Below, in pieces: positions 17,310 through 28,253 of a stretch of 57,093 bases of DNA. Both the position numbers and the translations under genes were made by a program. Source of the stretch: an uncultured Candidatus Saccharibacteria bacterium (GTDB lineage Bacteria; Patescibacteriota; Saccharimonadia; Saccharimonadales; JAGQNJ01); contig CAZBGZ010000005.1 in assembly GCA_964491925.1 (NCBI GenBank), positions 1 to 57,093 of the forward strand. Direction: 5' to 3'. Numbering within the stretch: the stretch's first letter is position 1; the number at the start of each line of letters is the position of its first letter. Under the pieces are notes generated by a model. The model had not been told where the DNA came from. It made no database searches and was given only the letters and a program-made list of their open reading frames with translations.

Positions 17310-18800
17310 ATGGGGCAGGCATTATATAGAAAGTATCGATCAAAAAAGTTGAGTGAAGTTATAGGACAAGATCATATAACAACAACGCTTAAAAACGCCT
17401 TGAAATCGGGGAAAATCAGTCATGCCTATCTATTTACGGGACCAAAAGGTGTTGGCAAGACAAGTGTTGCTCGTATCTTGGCTCATGAAATCAATAATCT
17501 TCCCTATGACGGCACCGCAGCAGAGCACATCGATATTATCGAGATAGACGCCGCCAGCAATCGTCGCATTGACGAGATTAGGGATTTACGCGACAAAGTA
17601 CGTTTGGCGCCTGTTGTGGCACCATTCAAAGTGTATATCATTGATGAAGTACATATGCTAACCAAAGAAGCCTTTAATGCACTGTTAAAAACTCTAGAAG
17701 AGCCTCCTGAACACGTGATTTTTATTTTAGCAACGACAGAAGTCCATAAACTACCGGAAACCATCATCAGCCGAACCCAGCATTACTCTTTCAAAGCTAT
17801 TGATGACTCGGATGCCATAAAACATCTAAAACAACTCGCTAAAAGCGAAAAAATAACAGTTGATGATGATGCACTCAAGCTGATAGCGCAATACAGTAAT
17901 GGTAGTTTTCGTGACAGTATTAGTCTGTTGGACCAGCTACGTAGTGCCGAAATAACAATTGACGAAGCGGTAGTCCGAAAATCCATCGGAATGCCCGAAC
18001 AAGAGTCCGTAGGTATGCTTTGGCGTGCTGTTGTCGACGGGAAGTATGAATCAGCTTTTGACTTATTAGAGAAATTTCAAGCAGAGGGCTACCAAGCCAG
18101 TATTATCTCGAAGCAACTTGCCAAGTTGGTTAGGTCTAGCCTGATATCGAAATCTTCGGGATTAGATGCTAATACAAAACTAACCTTACTGAAAAACTTG
18201 ATAGAAGTTCCTAGTGCTGGTAATCCGTATCAGTTTCTAGAATATGTACTAATGGAGGCTATGCTTAGTGACACTAATAAACTGGAATCTACTCCAACAT
18301 CGACTACAAGCAGTGATCCTGAGGTACCAAAAATCAAAGCAGAAAAGACAAAACCTGCAACAAATACTCCAGAAAAAAGTCCTACTTCAGAGAAAAAGAC
18401 CGCGCAGAAGCCTGACTTAATAGTTGACCCAAACTTTTCATTAAAAGACGCACTGGATAATGGCCTTTGGGATAATGTTCTGGCTAGTATTCGCGGCAAG
18501 CACAATACTCTCTACGGGATCGCCAGAATGGCGTACCCTACAACAGATGAGAACAAATTAGTCTTAGCTTTTGCATTTCCATTTCACCAACGACGCTGTA
18601 AGGAAAGCCGCAACCAAGAAATAATATCTGGCATAATAAAAGAAACAACTGGCCAGTCCGTTCAGATAAACTGTATCATAGATAAAAATGCCAAAAAAGA
18701 TCCCTCGCAAGCGTCAAATACCAAGCCGGCGAAGCCTTCGTCTGATACACTAGAGTCAATAACTAATGTTTTTGGTGGTGGGGAAGTACTGGAGCCATAA
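17310..18800 (+). CDS. dnaX: DNA polymerase III subunit gamma/tau
   Basis: LYRKYRS, GPKGVGKT, EIDAASN, IDEVHML, TIISR. Confidence 0.97.
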   Translation: MGQALYRKYRSKKLSEVIGQDHITTTLKNALKSGKISHAYLFTGPKGVGKTSVARILAHEINNLPYDGTAAEHIDIIEIDAASNRRIDEIRDLRDKVRLAPVVAPFKVYIIDEVHMLTKEAFNALLKTLEEPPEHVIFILATTEVHKLPETIISRTQHYSFKAIDDSDAIKHLKQLAKSEKITVDDDALKLIAQYSNGSFRDSISLLDQLRSAEITIDEAVVRKSIGMPEQESVGMLWRAVVDGKYESAFDLLEKFQAEGYQASIISKQLAKLVRSSLISKSSGLDANTKLTLLKNLIEVPSAGNPYQFLEYVLMEAMLSDTNKLESTPTSTTSSDPEVPKIKAEKTKPATNTPEKSPTSEKKTAQKPDLIVDPNFSLKDALDNGLWDNVLASIRGKHNTLYGIARMAYPTTDENKLVLAFAFPFHQRRCKESRNQEIISGIIKETTGQSVQINCIIDKNAKKDPSQASNTKPAKPSSDTLESITNVFGGGEVLEP

Positions 18801-18804
18801 TTCG

Positions 18805-20163
18805 ATGGACGACAAAACCCGAATCCCGCCACAAAATACGGATGCCGAAGCCAGCCTGCTAGGCGCTGTTCTAATTGATAGTGATGCAATTGTCAAAATT
18901 GCTGATCAATTGCAGCCACTCGATTTTTATGATGAACGTCATCAAAAGATATATGAGGCAATCAAGCAACTATATGACAAACACAGCCCTATTGATGTTC
19001 TGACACTAACAGATCAACTTCGCAATAATGGCCTTTTAGACATGGTCGGGGGGGCATCATACCTCAGTGAGCTTACTAATTACGTACCCACTGCGGCCCA
19101 CATAGAGCAATATTCTGGAATAGTATCTCAAAAAGCTTTAAGGCGAAAGCTAATCAAATCTAGTCAAAATATTGTAGCCCTAGGTTACGACGAAACCAAA
19201 AACCTACAGGAACTTATCGAAGAAGCGGAATCTCAACTTTTTGAAACTAGCCAGCGTTACGTTGGGCAAAATATCGTCAGTTTAGAAGAAATTCTGGGAG
19301 AAAGTTTTGACCGTTTAGACGAATTACACAAAGACAAAGGAAAGATCCGTGGCGTCCCCACTGGGTTTAAAGATTTGGACAATATGCTTGCGGGGTTGCA
19401 GCGTTCTGACTTGTTTATTCTAGCCGGGAGGCCATCGATGGGTAAAACCGCCCTAGCCCTAAATCTTGCGCACAATATTTCTATTAAAGCGGGCGAACCA
19501 GTTTTAGTTTTTAGCCTGGAAATGAGTAAAGAACAATTAGTTGACAGACTACTGGCTATGGAATCCGGAGTTGACGCATGGGCTCTGCGCACCGGTAATC
19601 TGAGTGATACCGATTTTGAAAAAATAGGTCACGCAATGGGTTCATTATCCGAAGCCCAGATGTTTATCGATGACACACCGGGTATAACCGTAAGTGATCT
19701 GCGCACAAAAGCCCGAAGGGAGGCACATCGCCGACCTATAGGGCTGATTATAGTCGATTATCTACAGCTGATGAGTGGGGGTAGCAAATACGGAGGTGAG
19801 GGCAATCGCGTACAAGAAATCTCAGAAATATCAAGGGGCTTAAAAGGAATCGCGCGCGAGTTAAACGTGCCGTTAATTGCCCTCAGCCAGTTGAGTCGAT
19901 CAGTTGAGAGTCGAAGTCCGCAGATACCCCAGCTCGCCGACCTACGCGAATCAGGGTCAATCGAGCAGGATGCCGATGTTGTAGCGTTCTTGTATCGAGA
20001 AGAGTATTATAACCCCGAGAGTGAGCGAAAAGGTATAACTGACATATATATCAAGAAACACCGTAACGGTCCGGTAGGTCAGGTTGAGCTATACTTTGAC
20101 AGAGAACGCCAGCGCTTCCGATCGCTTGATACCAAACACAACCAACCTTTCCAAAGCGACTAA
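18805..20163 (+). CDS. dnaB: Replicative DNA helicase
   Basis: GRPSMGKT, VDYLQLM, LSQLSR, DLRESGSIEQDAD, KHRNGP. Confidence 0.98.
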   Translation: MDDKTRIPPQNTDAEASLLGAVLIDSDAIVKIADQLQPLDFYDERHQKIYEAIKQLYDKHSPIDVLTLTDQLRNNGLLDMVGGASYLSELTNYVPTAAHIEQYSGIVSQKALRRKLIKSSQNIVALGYDETKNLQELIEEAESQLFETSQRYVGQNIVSLEEILGESFDRLDELHKDKGKIRGVPTGFKDLDNMLAGLQRSDLFILAGRPSMGKTALALNLAHNISIKAGEPVLVFSLEMSKEQLVDRLLAMESGVDAWALRTGNLSDTDFEKIGHAMGSLSEAQMFIDDTPGITVSDLRTKARREAHRRPIGLIIVDYLQLMSGGSKYGGEGNRVQEISEISRGLKGIARELNVPLIALSQLSRSVESRSPQIPQLADLRESGSIEQDADVVAFLYREEYYNPESERKGITDIYIKKHRNGPVGQVELYFDRERQRFRSLDTKHNQPFQSD

Positions 20164-20206
20164 AAGTTCGATAGTTGGATGCTATACTAATAAGAACACT
20201 ACGCAT

Positions 20207-21436
20207 ATGATGAATCTAAAAACAATAGTTTCCACGCGATGGCGAACAATCCTCACAGTCCTTGTTGGTGGGATATTAATAGGCGGTTTATTGTGGTTTC
20301 AGCTCGGCACTTTAACCAAAAGCGAGTTTGCCCCTATAGAGATAAGCACCCTACACCAGGCCGGGGCGACTGCTAGCTTCTTTAGTACTACATTTTATGC
20401 GTTCCATAGTTATGGTTTTCAGATATTGTTGGATAACAGCCTGTTCTTGCCACTAAAACTTCCTATATTTGTGCTGTCTCATCTAGGCGTTAACGATATC
20501 GTTGCACTACGTTCGGTGGCTTCTTTTTATGGCCTACTGAGCATTGTTATTATTTTCAGCTTGATGCGAAGACTATTCACTAAACGAATTGCCAACATCG
20601 GCACAATCCTCGTGCTTACATCCAGCTGGTTTTTGCAGTCATCCCGAATTATAAGTCCAGTTGTGATGTATCTGTTTAGCATGACCTTAATCTTGCTTAT
20701 CGTGGCACTTTTGAGAGTCAAAAAAAGACAAAAGTTAACAGCCACACTCATTACAGTCTGCTTGGCAAGTGTTGTCTACACGCCAGGGTTAATTGTACTT
20801 TTTCTGATGCTATTTTTCTGGCAGAGAAAAGATGCTTACCGAATTATTAAAAATATTCCAAAATGGTTTTTTATCGCACTTATACTCCTCTTCATTGTCC
20901 TAGTTTCGCCACTTTTTTACTCTATGATATACGGGAATCTAGGTATTGTCGCATATCTTGGTGCGCCGTCCGTGCTTGAACCAGTAGAGTGGTTAAAACG
21001 TCTAGCATTTATCCCGGTATACGTTTTTATTCGTGGACCATTAGAACCGACATTCAACGTGGCAAGATTACCAATAATGGACATGTTTAGCAGCGTTTTA
21101 TTGCTATTGGGGGGCTACTCTTACGTCACCAAGATAAAAGAGCAGAAATACACTAAGATAATATTGACTGTACTAATTTTTTCTTCAGGTTTTATCGCAT
21201 TAAACGGGCCACTACTGCTTCCACTACTGCTTCCTGTGATCTATCTTTTTGTAGCTATTGGCGTTGCGCTACTACTACAACAATGGTTTACTGTTTTCCC
21301 GAAGAACCCGTTAGCCAGAAGCCTTGGTGTAATACTATTATGTTTAGCTCTTGCGACAATTTCTTTCTATCACTGTAAACGCTATTTTATTGTTTGGCCG
21401 AATTCGCCGGCTACAAAAACCGTATTTAGAATATAA
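20207..21436 (+). CDS. Polytopic membrane protein, probable GT-C (family 39/ArnT-like) glycosyltransferase
   Basis: About 10 TM segments; ALRSVAS and WFLQSSR patterns. Confidence 0.6.
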   Translation: MMNLKTIVSTRWRTILTVLVGGILIGGLLWFQLGTLTKSEFAPIEISTLHQAGATASFFSTTFYAFHSYGFQILLDNSLFLPLKLPIFVLSHLGVNDIVALRSVASFYGLLSIVIIFSLMRRLFTKRIANIGTILVLTSSWFLQSSRIISPVVMYLFSMTLILLIVALLRVKKRQKLTATLITVCLASVVYTPGLIVLFLMLFFWQRKDAYRIIKNIPKWFFIALILLFIVLVSPLFYSMIYGNLGIVAYLGAPSVLEPVEWLKRLAFIPVYVFIRGPLEPTFNVARLPIMDMFSSVLLLLGGYSYVTKIKEQKYTKIILTVLIFSSGFIALNGPLLLPLLLPVIYLFVAIGVALLLQQWFTVFPKNPLARSLGVILLCLALATISFYHCKRYFIVWPNSPATKTVFRI

Positions 21437-21486
21437 CTTCGGTTTTTTTGATACAATATTAGCTGTAACAAAGGAGTTTTATTGAT

Positions 21487-21780
21487 ATGAGTAAGTTTGA
21501 TCAAGCTAAAATGCTATTAAAAGTTAAAAAGCTACAAAAAGAGTTGCAGAAGCAAGTAATCTCAGTCGAGGCTGGCGAAGGTGCTGTAACTGTTGAAATT
21601 ACCGGTGAACAGAAGATTAAAAAAATTCACATCGACCCAGAATATGTTGACCTGGATGATATTGGACAATTAGAGAATTGGGTAGAAGAAGCTGTTAAAG
21701 ATGCGATTGCTCAGAGCCAAAAGTTAGCAGCCGAGAAAATGCAGCCAATGATGGGCGCCCTCGGGGAACTAGGACTTTAA
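21487..21780 (+). CDS. YbaB/EbfC nucleoid-associated protein
   Basis: AGEGAVTVEITGEQKI; adjacent to recR. Confidence 0.92.
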   Translation: MSKFDQAKMLLKVKKLQKELQKQVISVEAGEGAVTVEITGEQKIKKIHIDPEYVDLDDIGQLENWVEEAVKDAIAQSQKLAAEKMQPMMGALGELGL

Positions 21781-21794
21781 ACAACAAAATCTAG

Positions 21795-22400
21795 ATGCAG
21801 ATCTTACCTCAAAGTCTATTATCAGCGATTGAAGCCTTGCGGCTACTTCCCGGTGTTGGTCCACGATCTGCAGAGAGATACGTGTACTATTTACTTCGGA
21901 CAGATCCACACAAAGCCTCAGAGATAGCAGAAAATATTAGCAAACTACACAACAGTGTTGGCTACTGTCAAAAAACGTTTGCGCTAGTCGAAAAGGGCCA
22001 AAAGTATTCTGATTTATATACTGACCCATCTAGAGACAAGACAACTGTCGCCGTAGTAGCTGAGCCATTTGACATTGTATCTCTAGAAAATACTCATCAG
22101 TATAAAGGAACTTATCACGTTTTGGGTGGCCTGGTATCACCGATAGACGGCGTTGGGCCTGATAATTTGCGTATTACAGAGTTAATAAAGAGAATTGATG
22201 ACGACAAAGTCGAAGAGATTATACTGGCGACCAATGCCAGCGTAGAAGGCGAGTCGACGGCGTTATACATACAACAACAAATTGGCGATAGAAAAGTCAA
22301 ACTCACTAGGCTTGCAAGGGGTTTGCCAATCGGCGTTGACCTAGAGTATGCTGATCAGATAACCCTAGGCAGAGCACTAGAAGGAAGACAAGCAGTATGA
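21795..22400 (+). CDS. recR: Recombination mediator RecR
   Basis: LPGVGPRSAER, YHVLGG, EIILATN..VEGESTA, LEYAD. Confidence 0.97.
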   Translation: MQILPQSLLSAIEALRLLPGVGPRSAERYVYYLLRTDPHKASEIAENISKLHNSVGYCQKTFALVEKGQKYSDLYTDPSRDKTTVAVVAEPFDIVSLENTHQYKGTYHVLGGLVSPIDGVGPDNLRITELIKRIDDDKVEEIILATNASVEGESTALYIQQQIGDRKVKLTRLARGLPIGVDLEYADQITLGRALEGRQAV

Positions 22401-23407
22401 AATACAAAGAAGGCGAAGATATATCCAATATATTAGAGGGGGCAAAACAGATCCTAATCATTCAAGCTAATAACCCCGACGGCGATAGCCTGGCCTCCTC
22501 TTTGGCTTTGGAGCAAATTTTGCATGACCTGGGCAAAGAGCCACACATGTATTGTGGGATGGGCATTCCAACCTATCTAAGGTATTTACCCGGATGGGAT
22601 AGAGTAGAGAAAGATATCCCCAATTCATTTGATGCTAGCATTATTGTCGACTGCAGCTCGCGCTCGCTGCTAGAATCTGCCGACAAGTCGGGTCAGCTAT
22701 CTTGGGTTGCATCAAAACCGACTATCATTATTGACCACCATGATGCCCCAAATACCATTGATTTTGCCAAAACTGTTCTAAATCGTCCTGATGCTGTGTC
22801 GACAGGCGAAGTTATCTACGAGCTCGCCAAACAGCTGGGGTGGGAACTAGCCTCAAATGCTCTTGATATGATTGCCATATCAATATTGGCTGATAGCTTA
22901 GGCCTGATGAGCCAAGGCACATCGGCCAGAAGCATACATATTATAGCCGAACTAGTCGAAAAAGGTGTTAATCTGGCAGAGCTCGACAATGCCAGGCGAG
23001 AACTAATGCGTAAAAGTGTAGATTTGGTTAGATACAAAGCCGACCTATTGAATAGGATTGAATATCACAATAACAACCGCATAGCGACGGTTGATATCCC
23101 ATGGAACGAAATTGAAAAATACAGTAATGCCTACAACCCATCGATGCTTGTCATAGATGACATGAGACTAACCGAAGGCACAGAGGTAGCGATTGCGTTC
23201 AAAGAATACAGAGATAAAAAAGTTACTGCTAAAATCCGAGCTAACTATGGACACCCAGTGGCCGGGAAGCTTGCTGAACACTTGGGTGGGGGTGGGCATC
23301 CGTACGCTGCGGGGTTCAAAATCCTCGACGGCCGACCACTGAGTGATATCAAGTCAGAATGTATAAAGTTGGCCAACGAACTGCTCGATCAAACCAAACA
23401 GGAATAA
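22397..23407 (+). CDS. DHH/DHHA1 phosphoesterase (NrnA-like)
   Basis: NPDGDS, IIDHH, GGGGHPYAAG. Confidence 0.9.
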   Translation: MKYKEGEDISNILEGAKQILIIQANNPDGDSLASSLALEQILHDLGKEPHMYCGMGIPTYLRYLPGWDRVEKDIPNSFDASIIVDCSSRSLLESADKSGQLSWVASKPTIIIDHHDAPNTIDFAKTVLNRPDAVSTGEVIYELAKQLGWELASNALDMIAISILADSLGLMSQGTSARSIHIIAELVEKGVNLAELDNARRELMRKSVDLVRYKADLLNRIEYHNNNRIATVDIPWNEIEKYSNAYNPSMLVIDDMRLTEGTEVAIAFKEYRDKKVTAKIRANYGHPVAGKLAEHLGGGGHPYAAGFKILDGRPLSDIKSECIKLANELLDQTKQE

Positions 23408-23413
23408 AATAAC

Positions 23414-24820
23414 ATGAAGCTATACAATACAATGGCCCGAAAAGTTGAAACTTTTCAACCCCAAAAAGACAACAAAGTTTCTTTTTACAGTTGCGGCCCA
23501 ACAGTCTATGACTATCCGCACATCGGCAACTGGTATACTTTTATTCGATACGATTTGCTTGCTCGCGCTCTTCGTACACAAGGCTTTGATGTCAATTGGG
23601 TTATGAACATAACTGATGTTGGGCATCTTGTTAGCGACGAAGATGAAGGTGAGGACAAGCTAGAAAAAGGGGCAAAGAGGGAAGGCACCACTGCTTGGGA
23701 CATTGCTAAAAAATACACTCAGTATTTCGAACAAGGCCTCGATAGACTAAATATAATCCAGCCCAACAAGCTTCCAAAAGCTACCGAGCACATAACAGAG
23801 CAGATAGAACTAATCCAAAAATTAGAAAAAAATGGTCACACCTACACTATCGATGACGGCGTGTACTTTGACACATCAACTTTTCCGGGATATGGCAAAT
23901 TGGCAAAACTAGACCTATCTGGGCAAAAAGAAGGCGCCAGGATAGCCACAAACGAACAGAAAAGAAATTCTAGCGACTTTGCGCTGTGGAAGTTTTCGCC
24001 AGAACTCGGTAAACGTGACATGGAGTGGGAAAGCCCCTGGGGTGTTGGTTTCCCAGGCTGGCACATAGAGTGCTCCGCGATGAGCATGAAGTATTTGGGT
24101 GAGACGCTTGATATTCACGGGGGTGGTATTGACCATATACCCGTCCATCATACTAACGAAATTGCACAGTCCGAAGGCGCGACAAGTAAGCCGTTCTCGA
24201 GATTCTGGTTTCATAGCTATTTCAATCTAGTAGATGGCAAAAAAATGTCAAAATCTGCTGGTAGTTTTATTACCTTGGAAGATATTGAAGCAAAAGGGTT
24301 CGACCTAATGGCGTTCAGAATCCTGGTTTTGCAGTCACACTACAGAACAGAAGCCCACTTCAGTTGGGAAAACCTAAAAGCAGCTCAAAATAGACTTAAA
24401 AATTTTAATGCTATGGCTGACTTGTATTGGAATGTAAATTTCTCAACCAATAATGATGAAGGTGATAATCTGCTTGAAACTACAAGAGCCTCGATAGAAC
24501 AGGCAATTAAGGATGATCTTAATACTCCTCAAGCACTTGCGGTATTAAGTACACTAGCATCGAACTTCAATCTAGGGAGTGTACGCATTCGTGATAGAGA
24601 GCAGTTGAAAAACCTACTAATTTGGGTCGACAGCGTTTTAGGGACAAAACTGAGTACACGAGTAGACATTTCCAAAGAGCAAAAAAATATTCTCAAAAAG
24701 AGACAAGCAGCAAAAACGGCAAAAGACTTTATATTATCAGATCAATTGCGAGACGAACTCCTGGAAAAAGGGCTAGAAATCAGAGACACAGATTACGGCC
24801 AAATTTGGTCTAGGATTTAG
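23414..24820 (+). CDS. cysS: Cysteine--tRNA ligase
   Basis: CGPTVY, HIGN, PGWHIECSAMS, KMSKS. Confidence 0.98.
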   Translation: MKLYNTMARKVETFQPQKDNKVSFYSCGPTVYDYPHIGNWYTFIRYDLLARALRTQGFDVNWVMNITDVGHLVSDEDEGEDKLEKGAKREGTTAWDIAKKYTQYFEQGLDRLNIIQPNKLPKATEHITEQIELIQKLEKNGHTYTIDDGVYFDTSTFPGYGKLAKLDLSGQKEGARIATNEQKRNSSDFALWKFSPELGKRDMEWESPWGVGFPGWHIECSAMSMKYLGETLDIHGGGIDHIPVHHTNEIAQSEGATSKPFSRFWFHSYFNLVDGKKMSKSAGSFITLEDIEAKGFDLMAFRILVLQSHYRTEAHFSWENLKAAQNRLKNFNAMADLYWNVNFSTNNDEGDNLLETTRASIEQAIKDDLNTPQALAVLSTLASNFNLGSVRIRDREQLKNLLIWVDSVLGTKLSTRVDISKEQKNILKKRQAAKTAKDFILSDQLRDELLEKGLEIRDTDYGQIWSRI

Positions 24821-25923
24821 GCTTCTGGTTTGATTTGTTTTTTCGGGTTAACGCTGAGCCGATCGCCGTAGTATTCCACAATCCAAACACGAATACAGCC
24901 AGCTAACGGGATGGCGACAAACGCACCTAGAATCCCACCGAAACCAATTCCTACTAATGCAGCGATAAATACCAAAAGTGGCGTTAGTTCGTTCTGTCTA
25001 GCTTGAATACCGGGCTGTATAGTGGCATTTTCTACCTGTTGATATATCAAGAAGAATACCGCCATTATCGCTGCCAATGGTAATGATGTAAATGCGCACA
25101 AGATTACTACGATTACCGCACCAATTGTTGCGCCGAACATCGGTATCAAGCTGGTCAAGGTAATAATTAATGCATAAACAACGGCGTTTATGGGTTTGCC
25201 TAGTAGCGTACTTGTAATTAGCAGCATAACAAGAGCAAGAGCACCGGCAATCAGAGCTATTATTAATTGTCCATTAACATAGCCGGTCACTACACGGTAC
25301 ATTTTTGTCATTACATGTTTTCGCTTTTTACTCTTTTCAGGATCTTGAGTTTGCCAAAACTTGTCCAACCACAAGGGCCCTTCTATCAACATCATAAAGG
25401 TCATTATCAAAACAGCTATTAGTGAAACAACCGCACCAATAATTGTATTTGCAGTAGTTACAACAGATCCACCTACGCCCTTTACATTATCGCGAAGGGT
25501 ATTTATAGCATCATCAACTTCACCCTCTAAATTATGAACTCTGATGAATCGCATAGGGGCACTGTCTTCAGATGTGTACTTCTCTACATTTTCGGGTATT
25601 GCTAATATGAACGATCGCGTTTGCCGAGCAAGAGGTGGGACTACCAGAATCAAAAATGATGTCAGAACTGTTAGTACAAATAAATATGCAACACCCGTTG
25701 CCCTTAATCGGCTTTTTGTACCCAGCTTTTTACCGATTCGACTGACAGCAGGGTTCAAAGATACAGCCAAGAAAAAACTAAGAAATATTAAAGTTAATGC
25801 ATGTGAAATTTTACTAACGAAAGCCAAAACTAGCAGCGTCACAACCACTATGACGACAACACGAATCACTGTTTTGTCGGAAAACTTAACGGTTATATTC
25901 TTGTTACCCAACATATACATCAA
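24817..25923 (-). CDS. AI-2E family transporter
   Basis: Multiple TM segments; YVNGQ, LIPMFG, YQQVEN, GAFVAIP. Confidence 0.9.
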   Translation of the reverse strand: MMYMLGNKNITVKFSDKTVIRVVVIVVVTLLVLAFVSKISHALTLIFLSFFLAVSLNPAVSRIGKKLGTKSRLRATGVAYLFVLTVLTSFLILVVPPLARQTRSFILAIPENVEKYTSEDSAPMRFIRVHNLEGEVDDAINTLRDNVKGVGGSVVTTANTIIGAVVSLIAVLIMTFMMLIEGPLWLDKFWQTQDPEKSKKRKHVMTKMYRVVTGYVNGQLIIALIAGALALVMLLITSTLLGKPINAVVYALIITLTSLIPMFGATIGAVIVVILCAFTSLPLAAIMAVFFLIYQQVENATIQPGIQARQNELTPLLVFIAALVGIGFGGILGAFVAIPLAGCIRVWIVEYYGDRLSVNPKKQIKPEA

Positions 25924-27047
25924 TTATGACGGTGTTTGTGTTTTTTGGCAACGGCACTAATATAGATCTCCTCTACTTTGTGTCCTACATGCGCTACATC
26001 GTACTGCATCACCAGCTCTGCCTGGGCATCGTGGACCTCTTTTGCATGTTTCTTATCGCCTAAGTAGAATTTTATTAGATCAGCCAAACCGCTGTGGTTG
26101 TGTGGGTCAAAAAGCGTCTGTGGCAAGGGCTCCATTACACTTGCATATCCAATATTATTTCCAGCCAGAACGACACCAGATCCGGCTGCCATGGCCTCTA
26201 TTAGAACAATACCGAAGCTTTCGCCGCCAGTAGACGGGTATACTGCCAAATCAGCCGAATTTAAAACTCTACGCTTTTTTTCTTCACTAACAAAACCCAA
26301 AAAGTTTATCTTTTTCGGGTTCCTTAAACTTTTGGCTAATTTTTTGTTCTTTTTTTCTTGTGGACCTGTACCGATAATAATTGCTTCAAAATCGACATCC
26401 TGGTCGTCTAGTACTTTTAGCGCATGGATAAAATGATGACATCCTTTTCTGGTGACCTGTCGACCAACAAATACGATTTTCGGGATAGCATTAGAATGAA
26501 ATGTCTTTGACCGAAATGTTTTCACCGAAACAACATTTGGGACTACCTGAGAATTCATTTTGAAAGCACGCTTACCTAATTCTTGTGCAGGGACAGAAAC
26601 GCTCATAACTTCGTCGAAAACTCGCAGAGTAGGCCTTAGAGCATAACCTAGTAAACGGTTAGCAAATTTTTCAAACCTAGAATATGGGGCTGTGTGAAAA
26701 GTTCCGACTATTACAGTGTTTTTTGGTGCTAATGAAATAACACGAGCGCCTAACATTGGACTGTATGGCATTTGAATATGCAACAGGTCAAACTGTTCTT
26801 TCGCTAACAAATTTTGAATTTTTCTTGGCGATGCGGGCAAACTTACAGAAACTACATTTCTGTTAAACTTCACTCTCAGCTGTTTACTGAAAGAATGTAT
26901 ATTCCGGACATCAGAACGCTTTGTTCGACCAACAATATAATGAACATCATGCCCCCTGGATTCCATCCATGCGCCCATCGTCATCACATACTGCTGGACT
27001 CCATCGCTGGTATCAAGGGTGTCGTCCAGAACATAGGCAATTTTCAT
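25920..27047 (-). CDS. GT4 glycosyltransferase (PimA-like)
   Basis: DGVQ, GTFH, FVGR..RKG, ESFGIVLIEAMAAG. Confidence 0.92.
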   Translation of the reverse strand: MKIAYVLDDTLDTSDGVQQYVMTMGAWMESRGHDVHYIVGRTKRSDVRNIHSFSKQLRVKFNRNVVSVSLPASPRKIQNLLAKEQFDLLHIQMPYSPMLGARVISLAPKNTVIVGTFHTAPYSRFEKFANRLLGYALRPTLRVFDEVMSVSVPAQELGKRAFKMNSQVVPNVVSVKTFRSKTFHSNAIPKIVFVGRQVTRKGCHHFIHALKVLDDQDVDFEAIIIGTGPQEKKNKKLAKSLRNPKKINFLGFVSEEKKRRVLNSADLAVYPSTGGESFGIVLIEAMAAGSGVVLAGNNIGYASVMEPLPQTLFDPHNHSGLADLIKFYLGDKKHAKEVHDAQAELVMQYDVAHVGHKVEEIYISAVAKKHKHRHN

Positions 27048-27050
27048 ATT

Positions 27051-28217
27051 TTATCCTTGTATCAGCTTCCGCATCGGCGGTTTTATATTTTTTGTTTTGT
27101 TGCTCCGTACTATTGCCTCATTATACGCTTTTTCATATTGGTCTGTAATCAACGAATAGTTAAACTGCTTTATGTAGTTTTTTGCCCATTTCTGCCAATC
27201 TTTTCGTAAATTCTCGTCGTAAAGGAAAGTTTCCAATTTCTCTGAAAAACTATTTATTTTCTTAGGGCTAACCAGTGATTTGGCGCCAACACCCTTCATC
27301 ACTGATGAATATCCTGGATTATCGCCGGCCACAACCGCCGCACCCATGGCAATTGCCTCAAGCAAAACTATACCGAAGCTCTCTCCGTAAAGGGCGGGCG
27401 AGCAAAACACATCAGACTGTGCTAGGGTGTCGATTTTTACTTTCTCTTCTACGTAGCCCAAAAATTTGACGTTAGGAATTTTTTTGTTAGCAACATATAG
27501 CTCTAGTTTTTGTCTATCTGGACCATCGCCAATTAACGCGAGTGTTACCTCTGGATGTCTAGAAACTAAAAGGGAGAAAGCCTTCAACAAGTAGATAACG
27601 CCCTTTCGTTTTTCTAGCCTTCCTACATAAACGATAGATTTTTTAGACGTCGATTGAATTCTTTTTTTATAGTTGTATTTGGACTGGTCAATACCATTAG
27701 CGATTATTAACGGTTTTTCCAGACTAAGTGATGTGATGTATTCACTTGCCGCATCTGAGACGGCAGTTAGAACATTCAAAGACTTTACTATTGATTTAGT
27801 GTAGGGAGTAATAACTTTTTCTATTGTTCTACTCATAAGAGTTTCTGGTAACTTTGCATGGAATGTCGCTACGTTTGCAGTACTGGACTTACTAAGAATT
27901 TGCCAACTCAATAGCGGCACCCACGGTTCATGAAAGTGTAAAATATCAAAATTATGCTCATGAAGTAGTCTGGTTAGGGCGTTAGAGTCAACATTTGCCG
28001 AAAGTTGTGCCGTTGTATGAAACGGCGACTTTACGTCAGCTGCAACCCCGACTAGAATTATGGATGAATCATAGCTAGCAGGGACTTCTCTTGGTTTTGG
28101 TGTAATTATAAATACTTTGTGGCCTCTTTTGGACAACTCATTTTTCAGCGCAAGAACACATTCTTGCACACCGCCTCCTTTGAATATGTTGTAGGGGCAA
28201 ATCAACCCAATCTTCAT
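27051..28217 (-). CDS. GT4 glycosyltransferase (PimA-like)
   Basis: CPY..GGGVQ, HFHEP, YVGRLEKRKG, ESFGIVLLEA. Confidence 0.92.
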   Translation of the reverse strand: MKIGLICPYNIFKGGGVQECVLALKNELSKRGHKVFIITPKPREVPASYDSSIILVGVAADVKSPFHTTAQLSANVDSNALTRLLHEHNFDILHFHEPWVPLLSWQILSKSSTANVATFHAKLPETLMSRTIEKVITPYTKSIVKSLNVLTAVSDAASEYITSLSLEKPLIIANGIDQSKYNYKKRIQSTSKKSIVYVGRLEKRKGVIYLLKAFSLLVSRHPEVTLALIGDGPDRQKLELYVANKKIPNVKFLGYVEEKVKIDTLAQSDVFCSPALYGESFGIVLLEAIAMGAAVVAGDNPGYSSVMKGVGAKSLVSPKKINSFSEKLETFLYDENLRKDWQKWAKNYIKQFNYSLITDQYEKAYNEAIVRSNKTKNIKPPMRKLIQG

Positions 28218-28253
28218 ACGCTTAGTATAGCATTTTACTTAACTATTTATTTC

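Noticed and set aside
18365..18400. Programmed -1 frameshift in dnaX (AAAAAAG-like runs)
   Set aside because: The A6G run is not in the A AAA AAG frame (it reads GAA AAA AGT), and no clear stimulatory hairpin follows.
21210..21235. Tandem 12-nt repeat CCACTACTGCTT
   Set aside because: Only two copies, in frame within a TM segment (PLLL PLLL); no evidence of function.
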